This document shows positions 26,139 through 39,421 of a stretch of DNA of 64,000 nt, piece by piece (position 1 is the first letter of the stretch; every line of letters starts with the position of its first letter). The stretch is from Tubiluchus corallicola (Eukaryota > Animalia > Priapulida). The notes beneath the pieces were generated by a model. The model worked only from the letters and a program-made list of their open reading frames with translations. It made no database searches and was not told the origin of the DNA. Where the stretch lies: assembly GCA_030141605.1 (NCBI GenBank), contig JAQGDQ010000900.1:18375-82374 (forward strand). The letters are read 5' to 3'. Both the position numbers and the translations under genes were made by a program.

Positions 26139-28415
26139 ATGCCAACGCCAACGTGTAAGTGTAGGGTGCGGTACATTGGCAGTTCTGTACCAACGCAGAC
26201 CAAGGATGGTCTTCAGGCTTTGCAACAGCCGCTTAGTGAAAGGTATCCTGAGCTGGGCGTTGCAGAAGCACGTGGAATAGACGCTTGGCTCAGCGTCTGG
26301 AGCAACGGATTGTTGCTGGAGTATGTGCAAGGCGAGCGAGAGAAAAAGAGCACCAGACAGTTCTTTCCCATCACCACGTTGCATTACTGTGCTGCCGTCA
26401 GATTCGTCATGATTTCCAATTACGAAGGAACGGGGGCGTCCGTTAAAAAATTCATGCCTCTCGATTCTCCTTTTGCTGACATTTCCAAAGACGAACATCC
26501 GCCTATATTTGCAGCAATAATGCGCCGTACGACTGGCGTCAAGGTCCTCGAGTGCCACGCTTTCATTTGCCGGCATACTACAGCAGCCAATGCATTAGTG
26601 AGATGCTGTTTCCATTCCTATGCTGGTAGTAAATTTATGGGAGGCACTGGAGATCCTATTGGCTATCCCAGCAACGTTGAACCGCCAATATACATTGAAA
26701 GAGGTGGCTCCATGTATAACTTTCCTGTCCATGACAACCAATCATTTGGTGGAAGGTTGTCATTACGCAGTCTACCGGTAAGCAACCGCCCTCACACAAG
26801 GCACATCTTCGGGGAGCCGTTGTACGCTACTCCAATGACACGATCCATGCATAACATTTCGGAAGATGGATTCGAATTTCAGAGGATGCCTCCACCTCAG
26901 TATCCACCACCTTTGCCACCTCCACCAGAGGGATACTTTATGCCTCCGCCTGAGATAATTCAAGAAAATCCATACCACCACATTGATTACATGAGGGATA
27001 GACAAATGCTGCATGCCAGTTCCGAACGGCTAATTTGGCCACATGGCCCTATGCCTGTTGAGGGATACCTGGAGCGACCTCCACCCACTGACTCACTCTC
27101 GGCTCACAGTGATCCAGACAGTTCTCGTGCTGAGCGAATTGTTCACGGTGGAGACGATGTCCAGCATCCTAGACAACTAGATCCAAACAAGTCCTCGTCG
27201 GATGCATCTCCTCAACCAGAGCGAAAGTCTAAGAAACATAAGAAGAATAAGAAGCATAAGCATCATCGAAAAGAGAAAAGGTCCCACGAAGAACCCACAT
27301 ATCTGCCATCTGCCCGGCCGTACGGACAATTGGCAACATTTGATCCGGAACATCCCGAGAGGTTTACTGGCTATTTTGAGCAGCAAGAAGCTCAAAGACA
27401 TAAGCATCATAAACATAAGCACAAAAGCAAAGACAAGGAGAAAAAGCATAAGAAGGAGAAGAAGAAGAAACACAAGAAAAAAGACAAAATCGATGAAGAT
27501 GTGGAAGGCGAAGAAGCAGCAGCACTCGAAGCTGCCAACAAAGGTATATACAAGAAAGAAAATTTGAACGAAAAGCTGTTTGCTGGGTCAATCCGTATGG
27601 AGAAACTGAGTCGAACAGAGAATCGTGACCTGCCACAGGTCAACAATCCTTACGTGGCAATGGAGGAAATGATTGAAAAAGACCGCCAGACTAAGCAACT
27701 GGCTAAATTGGTCAACGATCTGCAGATTGGTGAAAACCAGCAAAATGGTCACACAATTCCTGAAGGTCAGCCTTCACCTCCAGAATCTCACTTTGCTCGA
27801 CCTCAAAATCAAGAGCAAACGACAAATCCCTCGCCACCAGGGGAAAAGCCGGTATTACCTGATGGACAGTATTTACCACCAGGCCCACCAAGAGGCCCAC
27901 CTGCATGGCACACGTCCCAAACTGGAGGACCACCACCGAGCGGACCGGTGCCACTGCCAGACAGACAGACACAGGTGCAGCAATTGCCTCCTAGTGATTA
28001 TTACCACAATCGTGATTTGCCACCTACTGGTCATCCTCATAATCAACATTTACCGACTAGTGGCTATCCTCCATACCGGCCGCCGGCTCCTGGAGGCCAT
28101 TCAAGCATTTTGCCTTCACCTCAAGGAAACGGTTACGGTCCCCCACCTCCTCCGATGAAACCAGTGCAGCCAGAGCCACCTAGAGACAGGTACAATTCAC
28201 CACCTGTTATATTCACCCATGATCCACATCCTTATGCAGACTACCAGATGGATGGCCCTTCTCGGTATCAAGATGGACTCGTTCACGACCATCAACCACC
28301 AAACGGATATTTGCAATCACAGCCACCATATCATCGAGGAGGACCAATGCCGCCACCAGGACCACCCCAATTTGGACTTCCTGGACCAAGGAACTACAAT
28401 GCGCAATACTACTGA
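26139..28415 (+). CDS. PTB/PID-domain adaptor protein (Drosophila CG12581-like), 758 aa, single coding exon
   Basis: Long ORF with N-terminal motifs CKCRVRYIGS, GIDAWLSVWSNG, LHYCAAVR, PLDSPFA, HPPIFAAIMRRTTGVKVLECHAFIC and ANALVRCCFH, which match my recollection of the CG12581-type PTB domain. Followed by K/H-rich and Pro-rich disordered regions. Confidence 0.9.
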   Translation: MPTPTCKCRVRYIGSSVPTQTKDGLQALQQPLSERYPELGVAEARGIDAWLSVWSNGLLLEYVQGEREKKSTRQFFPITTLHYCAAVRFVMISNYEGTGASVKKFMPLDSPFADISKDEHPPIFAAIMRRTTGVKVLECHAFICRHTTAANALVRCCFHSYAGSKFMGGTGDPIGYPSNVEPPIYIERGGSMYNFPVHDNQSFGGRLSLRSLPVSNRPHTRHIFGEPLYATPMTRSMHNISEDGFEFQRMPPPQYPPPLPPPPEGYFMPPPEIIQENPYHHIDYMRDRQMLHASSERLIWPHGPMPVEGYLERPPPTDSLSAHSDPDSSRAERIVHGGDDVQHPRQLDPNKSSSDASPQPERKSKKHKKNKKHKHHRKEKRSHEEPTYLPSARPYGQLATFDPEHPERFTGYFEQQEAQRHKHHKHKHKSKDKEKKHKKEKKKKHKKKDKIDEDVEGEEAAALEAANKGIYKKENLNEKLFAGSIRMEKLSRTENRDLPQVNNPYVAMEEMIEKDRQTKQLAKLVNDLQIGENQQNGHTIPEGQPSPPESHFARPQNQEQTTNPSPPGEKPVLPDGQYLPPGPPRGPPAWHTSQTGGPPPSGPVPLPDRQTQVQQLPPSDYYHNRDLPPTGHPHNQHLPTSGYPPYRPPAPGGHSSILPSPQGNGYGPPPPPMKPVQPEPPRDRYNSPPVIFTHDPHPYADYQMDGPSRYQDGLVHDHQPPNGYLQSQPPYHRGGPMPPPGPPQFGLPGPRNYNAQYY

Positions 28416-30814
28416 CGAGGCGACAGTCTTCGGACGACGCAACTGTTTACCTTGGAGAAGGTAACTCTTTCTAATCAGGCACTGCTATGTCAAAAACTGG
28501 GTAGTATCAGTCACTACTTAAGATAAACATGTGATAATTAAAACAAAGAGCATTCCCAACAAAAATTTGAGGGAAAATTAGGTTCTTAACTCTCTGATGT
28601 TAATTTTACTATAAAAATCAATTTTCTTTCCAAATTTAACAGATCGGTTAACAGATCAGTATTGTTTTAGAATCACTGTTGCGTGGAACAGAATGTTCTA
28701 ATGAACAAAATTTAGGACAGAATTTTATGCCTAGTACACCAACAGTTTATGATAATAGCTAAGCATTTACCCTTCACTTCACGGACACATGAACATATGT
28801 TAATTTCATTTACAACTGAAGTTATCTAGGTCCTGAATCCTAATAAGTTACTCTCTGCTCTGTCTGTAAGCATCAGATTTAAAAACCTCCAACATTTAAA
28901 CGCGTTGTACGTGCAATAATCTTGAAAGTTTGTTATCGAAACGTTTCTGTGCTAATTGAGAACTTGAGCACGCTCTGCCATGCTTTCATCAGCACACTTG
29001 GCCTATCAATTTCTAGGCCAGAAGGGCAAATCCTTCAGTCGTGCTTTGTTTCATCACTGTTTCATCACTGTTAACACCGAGAACTAGAGATCATTAAGTT
29101 ACCTTTTTACTTGCTCATCACGTTCATCCATTATCAAAACATTTTAAAACAGCAAAGTCTCACAAGCTTGGACTGTTATGACAAATCGCTTTATTATACC
29201 ATAAATATATACAAAGCGAAGGTGAACAGCTTCGTGTAATTTGTTCTGCAGATATTTTATATTTCTGATATAACTAGAATAAGCCTTTTCACAGTTCCAG
29301 CGATTGATGATGATCGTGAAAAGGTCAAAGATTAAATGTACCAGACAATGCATTTTGTGTACACTTGACAATGCCTCGCAGCCCATGCTATTGTAATAGT
29401 AACAGTTTTTACAGCTAGCTAGAACCTTGCCTAGTTCATTTTTCTTGTTCCCAAGCAAGATTCTGCTAGTAAATCATTCAACGCATTGTCTAATGCATAC
29501 CTGAGTAAAGTCCAGGTAAAACAACTGAAGTTACTAAACTGATGCGACAGACGGCTTTGCTTTCCCACACGTCACGTGACTGTTGTAGCTAAGACACCTT
29601 ACTGTGGTACACATAACCTTTGACCTACAGCAACTGCGCTCGTTTATCATTTAGGTCAAACTTTTAATGTTGACATGCTGATGATGATTAATAAATAAAA
29701 TGTTTTTTTTTCTAAAACAAACAAACTTTTTCCTTGAAGCTTTTGCAAACAGCATCCCATCGTCGTAAACTAGTCATCATTATCAAGCTGTCTAACTTTT
29801 ATCATGTTTGGAATAATGGGTGTGGTCTGAGTCATTGCATTCCAAGTCACAAATTCTTTGCTCAAGTTATTAGAAAAATCTATTAAATAACTGCAGTAAG
29901 ACTTGCTACGTACACTTGTTTTGTAAACGTTGAAATAACGTTGTAGTAGTAACCCTTTGTTACTATAGCAACCACTGGGATGATTTGTTTGCTTTCGTTT
30001 TCTGTCAATTGTAACTGAGGTTTGGAAGAAGAATCATCATAATCACGTTAATAGGGCCTGTTCCATGACCCCACTGTTGATGCGTGCAAACAAATGGTAC
30101 ACTGATTACTGAAGATTAGACCCTATAGAGAAGATTTTCTCGAGTATGCTTCAAATCGCACGCTTCGTGGCGCTCCGTGCACTTAAAATGCAAAAACTTG
30201 GGGCAAACCTTTTTTTAATCAAACACTTTCGTGCAAAATTTCCGTTCCGTTTTTGTTTAAGCAGGTTTCGTTACATTGTGTATTTTTGCGCACTATGGCT
30301 AGAAATACTGTCCAAATTTCATTCCAGAATAGAATGGAATAGTACAGAATTTTTTCGTACTGAAAATCAGAATTGAGTAAAGTTACATGTACTGTAATGT
30401 TACGTTACACGACGTGTGTTTTTAAGACTGTGAGACTATTCTCTTATCAGAAGTCTTATGATTTTCTAACTTTCTTAGATGGCTAAACAGTTTCTGCACA
30501 GAAGGCACAGTTCGTTTCTCTACTCCCTCCAGCTAAATCAGTCATTACTCCTCAGTGCAAACCTGTTTTCTGTCTCTACCTGTCAAATTCCTCATCAACG
30601 CCGTGGCAGTTCTAGTTTTGGTAGGCGTTTGCAGTTGTAGATGTACCAAAAGTTATGAAGCCAGAATGATTGCAATAATTACGTTTTACGAAAAGTGGTT
30701 ATAATGGTCTTTGGCCTCTCGTGTTTGAGTTTTTTGAGCTACATTTTCTTTAAAGATTTCACATTACTTTAGTAAAGCTGTGAGTCTTTTTCAAATCAAC
30801 ATTGTCAACGTAGG

Positions 30815-31755
30815 AATGTTCGCCATGTTTTTTGTAGAGACTGTACCACCTTGTCTATACTCACTCTGCTTACAACATTGTCGCAGGTGCTGGAATGTTC
30901 GCCATGTTTTTTGTAGAGACTGTACCACCTTGTCTATACTCACTCTGCTTACAACATTGTCGCAGGTGCTGGAATGTTCGCCATGTTTTTTGTAGAGACT
31001 GTACCACCTTGTCTATGCTCACTCTCCTTACGACATTGTCGCATTTGCTGGTATGTTCGCCATGTTTTTTGTAGAGACTGTACCACCTTGTCTATGTTTT
31101 TTGTAGAGACTGTACCACCTTGTCTATGCTCACTCTCCTTACGACATTGTCGCATTTGCTGGTATGTTCGCCATGTTTTTTGTAGAGACTGTACCACCTT
31201 GTCTATGTTTTTTGTAGAGACTGTACCACCTTGTCTATACTCACTCTGTTTACAACATTGTCGCAGGTGCTGGAATGTTCGCCATGTTTTTTGTAGAGAC
31301 TGTACCACCTTGTCTATGCTCACTCTCCTTACAACATTGTCGCATTTGCTGGTATGTTCGCCATGTTTTTTGTAGAGACTGTACCACCTTGTCTATGTTT
31401 TTTGTAGAGACTGTACCACCTTGTCTATGCTCACTCTCCTTATAACATTGTCGCATTTGCTGGTATGTTCGCCATGTTTTTTGTAGAGACTGTACCACCT
31501 TGTCTATGCTCACTCTCCTTATAACATTGTCGCATTTGCTGGTATGTTCGCCATGTTTTTTGTAGAGACTGTACCACCTTGTCTATGCTCACTCTCCTTA
31601 TAACATTGTCGCATTTGCTGGTATGTTCGCCATGTTTTTTGTAGAGACTGTACCACCTTGTCTATGCTCACTCTCCTTATAACATTGTCGCATTTGCTGG
31701 TATGTTCGCCATGTTTTTGTAGAGACTGTAGCACCTTGTCTAAGCTCACTCTGCT
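30815..31755. repeat. Minisatellite, ~69-bp unit with ~33-bp partial units
   Basis: Unit atgttcgccatgttttttgtagagactgtaccaccttgtctatgctcactctccttacaacattgtcgcatttgctggt. Abuts family B sequence. Confidence 0.9.
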
Positions 31756-33587
31756 TACGTTAACGGAAAACCGACCAAGTCTTAAACTGTAACTGTAACG
31801 TTGCACAAAAAAAGGTGTTGTACCTCTTAGTTCAAAGGTGTTTGGTTGTGACATAGTGCACACGTCTGAGAGCTCATACATGAACACAGCAGTAAAGTTG
31901 AAACATAAATTTTAAACTTATAATTTGCCATGTTTTTATATATGAATGTTGTACGGTAATACTGTACTTCAATTTTCGCTTTTGTAAATATGTGCAACAC
32001 GCTCGTGAAATGTTTGCCTTGAAAATGAGGTTCATTTACGATGTCATCACTAGCTGGGCTCGATTATTTAACTTATTATTTAATTACCAGAAACACCTCG
32101 GCATTATTATAGTTGTTAAAAAGTATGCTTTTAACATGCTTTAAAGTGAGGTATGATATGAAAAATCGTCCTGTTTTCCTTTATTTATAACAATTAGGCT
32201 TTCAAAATTCCTAAACAATCTTCAGGGTCCCGTTAGAACAGAAATTTGGTATGATAATAGGGTCAAAATTAGAGAGAGTATATAATTGCGCATAAATAAA
32301 GTCCTGTACCCGTAATTTGTATCTGTACCCGTTGTATATTATTAGCAGCAATTATAATTCATTGATACAATGAACTTTTTTCCAGCTGATAGGCTAAACA
32401 TTATTTACACAAATCTGCTGTTTCGTGAAGGAAAATATTAATTTTTATTTTTATTTCACACATTAATAGGCGGATTTCCAATTTCAGAGTTTGTAGTTTT
32501 CAATATTTTAGAGCATTCTTTATTCGGAATTAATGTTTACACAATCATCCGGTTTTCCTTTAAGAGTTGTGTTCTAATATTTTCTTACTGTTAGCCTTAA
32601 GGAAAAGCTAACGTGTTGTACTTGCTCAATAAGTCAAAAAAAATCGTCTGTTAACACAAGCGTATAGTTACTATATATCACACAATCGCGTGACAATTGT
32701 GTAAGCGTGTAGTAACTTCATGTAACACGAAGTTACAAAAGTTTGTCTATATCTCAGAGTTGTACTTATCATGTTCAATGAATGCAATGCAAATTAAAAC
32801 TAATGTTAATAATTATGCATAAGTCTGTTTGTATTCTGTACATCCATGTATTACTGTAATTATAGCTGTTTGTATTTTGAAATCATGAACACCAGGCGGC
32901 GCAATGATTCTTTTATAGTAGTTTACCCCTTCTCTATAGATAAGCCTGTTTTTTATTTATTTATAACCGTCTGTATTGTCTGTATGAAACTAACAATTAA
33001 GAAATAGAGTAAGCTGATATATAAGTTTACAAAAATTTATATTTAGATCATAACAGACGCTTTTTTGTGTGATTTGTAATAATTGTGTAACGCTGTAAAT
33101 GATGGTAGCCGCCTTACGATTTGATAAAATTTTGAAATAATTCATTCACTGTTTGTAATTTGTAATAACTAAATGGTGCAATTTGATGAGCGAGTTGTAA
33201 AGGGTTAGTGAATTAACATGTCTACCTTATTACGTTACATACAGATATAAAATGCTTCATTTTTGTACTTTGCTGTGGTGGTATTTAATGTGCAATATAC
33301 AGCAAGTTCAATAACAAACTTGTGTAAAGTTACAATGTCTGCTTAATGACGAAATTTTTCGTAGTTAAACATGGCGTATTGCCACAAGATCAAAATTTAC
33401 GAAAGTAAACACTTCTCTATTTATAGTTAAAAACAACACAATTATGTTAAAAACTTTTACATTAAAAAGTTAAAAGTTAAAATCATGTCAAACGCTTCGA
33501 CTAGCTGCTGCTGTCATCATCGGTGCTAAATTTACAAACATACAACCAGTTTATATAGGCAGAGCCTATTATGCACTAATTAAGTAG

Positions 33588-34003
33588 TTAACCCTTTCAT
33601 ACCCGTTAAAACTGACAGTTATTTGATCTATTAATAGTTATTTTGAGTTTAAGCCAATAACAAAAGACTAAAAATGGTGATAAAATGGCAAGCTAGAAAA
33701 TCTACATAGCATAAAAAAACTGCGCAAGGTACAATACTTTAGAGACGACTTTGTACAGATCAGCATAGCGTGCATACTAAATGTCTTAAATACTTTAAAA
33801 AATTATCAGCAGTTGCAAAATGAAGCACATTTTATGCTTCCGTTGAATCCCAATGTATCCCGTGGGATACAGGCTATATTTAGCACACGGGCACAGGTAG
33901 AAAAAAATAATTATTACGTGTAAACAAGATGGACATACTGAGCAAAAGTACCAAGCCAAAAATTTTTTTCTTATTAAAAATAATTTGGAACTGAAAGGGT
34001 TAA
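33588..34003. mobile_element. piggyBac-type MITE, second copy, nested in the Penelope-like relic
   Basis: TTAA-CCCTTTCA ... TGAAAGGG-TTAA termini; the interior is the reverse complement of 19555-20018. Confidence 0.8.
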
Positions 34004-34250
34004 GAGAAGCCAAATAGGTAATGAATAATCAAACCTGTAAAGAAATCGATGCAGTAACTTAGGCACTAATTATGTATTTACAAAAACCAAATAGGTAATG
34101 ATTAAACAGACCTGAATAAACGAAATTGATACAGTAAACAATAGCTAAGTGTTTGAAAATAGATTTAGCTTCGATAGACTCAAATAGACCCAATAGATAA
34201 TATTTATAATGGGCTCTGCCTGTATAAACTGGTCGTATGTTTGTAAATTT

Positions 34251-34292
34251 ACCACTGATGATGACAGCAGCAGCTAATCGAAACGTTTGGCA
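34251..34292 (+). ncRNA. Minimal type-I hammerhead ribozyme motif
   Basis: acca-CTGATGA-tgacagcagcagctaatc-GAAA-CGTT-tggc: core boxes, palindromic AACGTT, and a cca/tgg stem I. A mutated inverted copy lies at ~33488-33526. Confidence 0.6.
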
Positions 34293-34732
34293 TGATTTTA
34301 AATTTTAACTTTCTAATGTAAAGTTCTTAACAATGTTGTTTTTAGCTATAAATGTTTTTACGTACCTGCAATAAAAATGACTTCTCTATTTCGATGCAAG
34401 GAGGCGATTCTACAACTTGCAATATCTATTAGCTGTTGTAATAAAATAACCCTTTCCCTTCGATTCACATTTTCTATGTGATAAGTTCGATTCTAATTGT
34501 AGTGTTACTGTTTTTTTTTCTACGTATATTCATCACAAACGAAACTATGTGTATTTTATAAACGGTGTAATGATTATGATAATAATAATTTTGTTACGTT
34601 ATTTAATGTTTTTGATATCAGAAAGGAGCCTTGCGTTGTTTTGTACGTATCTAAGATTAACACTTTTTCTCCTTCATGAAAAAATGTTTTATAAATAAAG
34701 ATGTTCTTTAACTGTAATGAGTTTCTAATCGT

Positions 34733-35562
34733 TTTGGTGTTTCACTTCTGGGCTTCCATATCATCACAGGGCTAGAGGAGGTTTAACAATTGGGCAAATA
34801 AGGCTATAGCCTTGGGCCCTAAATTTTTGATAGGCTCTTGGTGTTTCACTACTGAGCCTCCATATCATCACAGAGCTAGAGGAGGTTTAACAATTGGGTA
34901 AATAAGGCTATAGCCTTGGGCCCTAAATTTTTGATAGACTCTTGGTGTTTCACTACTGAGCCTCCATATCATCACAGAGCTAGAGGAGGTTTAACAATTG
35001 GGCAAATAAGGCTATAGCCCTGGGCCCTAAATTTTTGATAGGCCCTCGGTATTTCACTACTGAGCCTCCATATCATCACAGGGCTAGAGGTGTTTTAACA
35101 ATTGGGCAAATAAGGCTATAGCCCTGGGCCCTAAATTTTTGATAGGCCCTTGGTGTTTCACTACTGGGCCTCCATATCATCACAGAGCTAGAGGAGGTTT
35201 AACAATTGGGCAAATAAGGCTATAACCCTAGGCCCTAAATTTTTGATAGGCCCTTGGTGTTTCACTACTGAGCCTCCATATCATCACAGAGCTAGAGGAG
35301 GTTTAACAATTGGGCAAATAAGGCTATAACCCTAGGCCCTAAATTTTTGATAGGCCCTTGGTGTTTCACTACTGAGCCTCCATATCATCACAGAGCTAGA
35401 GGAGGTTTAACAATTGGGCAAATAAGGCTATAACCCTGGGCCCTAAATTTTTGATAGGCCCTTGGTGTTTCACTACAGAGCCTCCATATCATCACAGAGC
35501 TAGAGGAGGTTTAACAATTGGGCAAATAAGGCTGTAGCCTTGGACCCGAAATTTTTGATAGA
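34733..35562. repeat. Tandem array, 104-bp unit, 8 copies
   Basis: cttggtgtttcactactgagcc... recurs at 34837, 34941, 35045 and 35149. Confidence 0.95.
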
Positions 35563-36884
35563 CTTGAATAACTAGAAATAATAATTTAAAATGTTTTCAG
35601 CAATTGGTAAAATGTCGTTGACTCACCCTCCAGGGTGCACCACTCGCTAACCAAAAAAAAACATTTTTAATCTTATTGAGAAGGTACTATAATTTAGAAT
35701 TCTGTTTAGTGAGTAACATGTATGCTACAAATGCTCTGATTATTTATTCAAAATTCACTCAATGTTATCTAAACTTGTTTCAAACGACCTTCCATCAAAT
35801 TGGCTGCGCCTTACGGTAATCGCGGGAGTTTAAATTTACACGTTTTATACAGCGTTACAGCCGACGCAAACCCTGCATGCAAAAAGGGGAAATGTAAGTG
35901 GTACAAAATTTCAAGACGAATTTTCTTAAGCTTTAAGTGGAGGATTTTCTTGTGCTTTAATCCATCCCTGCGCACAACTCTTTCGAACTCTCCCTACTTC
36001 GAACTCTTTCTTACGTTTCGAACACATTACTAATACATTATTTAGGTTAAGGTCTGACTTAAATAACGTAATTGCTGATGTTACTGGTAACAATCACTTC
36101 CTCCGGAACCAGTTTAATGTGAAGTAGAACTGTAATTTTTGCGTAATTGTACATCACGCCCCAGCTACTACAATTATAGATTGCTCCGTTTACAACATCA
36201 CAATGCCACACGCTAGTCTAGTGCTTGTATATTTATTATCTATTTATTATAGTGTTATAAAAAATGAAAAACACTCAGCTATACTATAAATTGCGATAAA
36301 AATACTGAAATATTTACATATATATATGTAATATACACACACACATATATATATAATGAATATAAAATATATAATATAATATAATGTTATTATAAAGTTG
36401 AATTTCTGTAGATACTTTATTAACATCTTCATCTTTGTAAGCTGCATATTTTTGAAGACACCGTGACATCTCAGCTATATAACTCGCTCAGCAAGCTCTG
36501 ATATAGCTCTCTTCAATTTTGTTATGTTGATAAGATAAACAGTTGAGCATGCGCAATAATGCAATGGTAATAAATTAAGTCGATTCAACAATGCTATACT
36601 ATGAGTGTTTTACTACGTGCTTTTGGATAATTGTTGCTTGTACAAACAACATAACCAGAGCCATAAATTACCTGTGCAACTTTGCCTAATCTGCTAGACC
36701 AGCTTTGATCCTCTTAAGTCAATAAATGAAATGAAGTTTTACGTTCTAATTATTACGGAATTTGTATTAATGTGAGTAAGTACACAAACTTTAATTCAGT
36801 TGATCTTCACATTACACAATATAGCCCATAGCCTGCTCTATCTCTCTCTTTCTCTCTCCTCTCTCCCCCCTCTCTCTCTCTCTC

Positions 36885-36917
<33 letters not shown>

Positions 36918-36932
36918 TTTTCTCTCTCTACC

Positions 36933-36985
<53 letters not shown>

Positions 36986-37007
36986 CCCTCTGTCTCTCTC
37001 TTTCTCC

Positions 37008-37054
<47 letters not shown>

Positions 37055-37098
37055 TCTCTCTCTCCCTCTCTCTGTCTCTCTGTGTCTCTCTCTCTCTC

Positions 37099-39345
37099 TA
37101 GACAGCCCTGTAAATACCAATTGTGCACTAGGCCTAAACGCTTCAAACCAAAATTATGTTGCAAAACATGCCCCGGATTGGAGTAATGCAACCAATGTTC
37201 AACTGGGTAATTATTATTCTATGACACATGCGGCTTTACTTGATGTATTAGTACCATACTCTACTGTCCTGTGCTCTGATATTCATTGTAGCAGTGATGC
37301 ACACAGGCAAGAAATAACCAGTTTTCATGATGCAATAATTAACACTCTTAGTACAGCAGCTTCACAAGCTTTTCCCATTAATGAAAGAAAGAGAAACTCT
37401 TGGAACTCTGTACCAGGGTGGAATGAATTTGTTGCCGAAAAACACAATTATTCACGACAATGCTTTGTCAATTGGCGTATGCTAGGTAAACCTCGCAGCG
37501 GTCCTATTGCAGAAGAAATGCGTCGAGCTCGTGCTCAATTTAAATATGCCCTACGCGATTGTAAAAAACATCAGCAAAGCATTGTATCAGACAAAATTGC
37601 CTACCGTCTTATGCATTGCAACTCCTACCAGTTTTGGAAAACAATAAAGAAAGAAACAAATTCTAAACTTCCTCTTCCCTCTAGCGTTAATAACGTAACA
37701 GGGGAAAATAACATTTGTAATATGTGGGCGGAGCACTATCGCGTTCTTTTTAATTCGGTTAATAATGGAAATTTGGAGGAGCAGCTGCACCGGGCCCTTG
37801 CAGAAGATATGCATATTATACCCAAGTTTACTGTTAGGGAAGTGCAAGATGCAATCGGCACACTAACTTTGCATAAATCTGCAGGTCCTGATGGTATACA
37901 GGCCGAACATTTTAAGTATTCTTCCTCAATGTTACCGGTTCTTTTATCCTTGTTGTTTAGCTCCTGTTTGATTCACGGCTTTCTTCCTGAATCGCTAATG
38001 ATGTCTGTATTAATTCCTCTAGTAAAGGATAAAAATAAAGATATTACGGATGCAAATAACTATAGGCCAATTGCACTAGCTTCTATTGCCAGCAAAATAT
38101 TCGAAATTTTATTACTTAACAGATACAAACAGTATATTCCAACAACTCCTAATCAGTTTGGCTATGTAGAAAAACTTGGCACTGAAATTTGCATAAACAC
38201 ATTAAAGGAGATCATTGACTACTACATTAGTCGTGATAGCTCTGTTCACATTGTTTTTATCGACGCATCAAAGGCATTTGACAGGGTTAATTTCTTCAAG
38301 CTTTTTCTTAAACTCACAAAGACTTCAATCCCGAATATTGTAATCCGCTTGCTCACATTTTATTACACGCAGCAAGGCATGTCTGTCAGGTGGGGACATA
38401 GTCAGTCTACAACTTTTAATATTGGAAATGGAGTACGCCAAGGTGGCAAGATGTCACCATTTCTTTTTAATTTTTATTTTAAAGATCTAAGTGTTAAGCT
38501 TTCATCCACCCAACTTGGTTGCAATGTGTCGAACATGGTTATGAACCACCTGATGTACGCTGACGATGTTTGTTTGTTAGCAACAACGATTACGGCCCTA
38601 CAGCAACTACTAGACGTGTATAAATTGTATGCTGAACAGTATGACATAAAAATTAATGTAGCTAAAACTAAACTTATGTCTGTTAATTCAAACATCATGA
38701 GAAATTTTATGTTTGGTAACATCAAACTAGATAATAATGTTTTACGTACCTGTGATAATGAAAAATATTTGGGACATATTATTTCAAATGATAACCGAGA
38801 TGACCTTGACATTATTAATCAAAGATCCCTATACTATTGTCGTACAAACCAACTTATTAGAAAATTCAGCTATTGTTCTGTTGATGTTAAAAGATATCTA
38901 TTTAATGCTTACTGTAATACATTCTATTGCATGTCTACTTGGAGACATTTTAATAATGGTAATATCTTAAAACTTAAAATTGCGCACAATGTGTCAAAAA
39001 GATTATTTTTCGGATATGCATATGATTACAGTGCTCGTGAGATGAGTGTTGAAATTCACGTGATGTATTTTGATGTATTACGTAGAAAATCTGTGTTAAG
39101 TTTAATGAAAAGATTTGATACTAGTGATAATTTAATGTGCCAGAAAATTTTAGTAAGCGATGCCAAATTTACATCGCACATAAGACAGCAATGGTGGAGA
39201 CTATTATTGTAATTTTCATGTTTAACTAAGTTTGTGTGTGATTTGTTTGTAGTGGTTTTTTGTTTTTATGATGTTGTATGTTGTATATATGTAATTTATA
39301 TTATGAACTTATGTTTGAAATAAAGAATTAAATCAAAATCAAATC
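37099..39345 (+). mobile_element. 5'-truncated LINE with intact reverse transcriptase ORF (37101/37221-39212)
   Basis: RT motifs KSAGPDG, NYRPI, QFGY, FIDASKAFD, GVRQG..SP.LF, YADD and KYLG. AATAAA and an (AAATC)n tail follow. Flanked on both sides by (CT)n. Confidence 0.95.
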
Positions 39346-39364
39346 TCTCTCTCTCTCTCTCTCT

Positions 39365-39421
<57 letters not shown>

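Larger units (their letters stand above)
33423..34379. mobile_element. Penelope-like relic: ~150-bp inverted repeats carrying hammerhead motifs, with a 12-bp flanking duplication
   Basis: 33421-33572 is the inverted copy of 34206-34332. ACTTCTCTATTT occurs at 33411-33422 and 34380-34391. Confidence 0.7.

Noticed and set aside
30780-31887. Cys-rich repeat ORFs (CRRCWNVRHVFCRDC) resembling zinc fingers
   Set aside because: Translation of a minisatellite in several frames and on both strands; no consistent frame.
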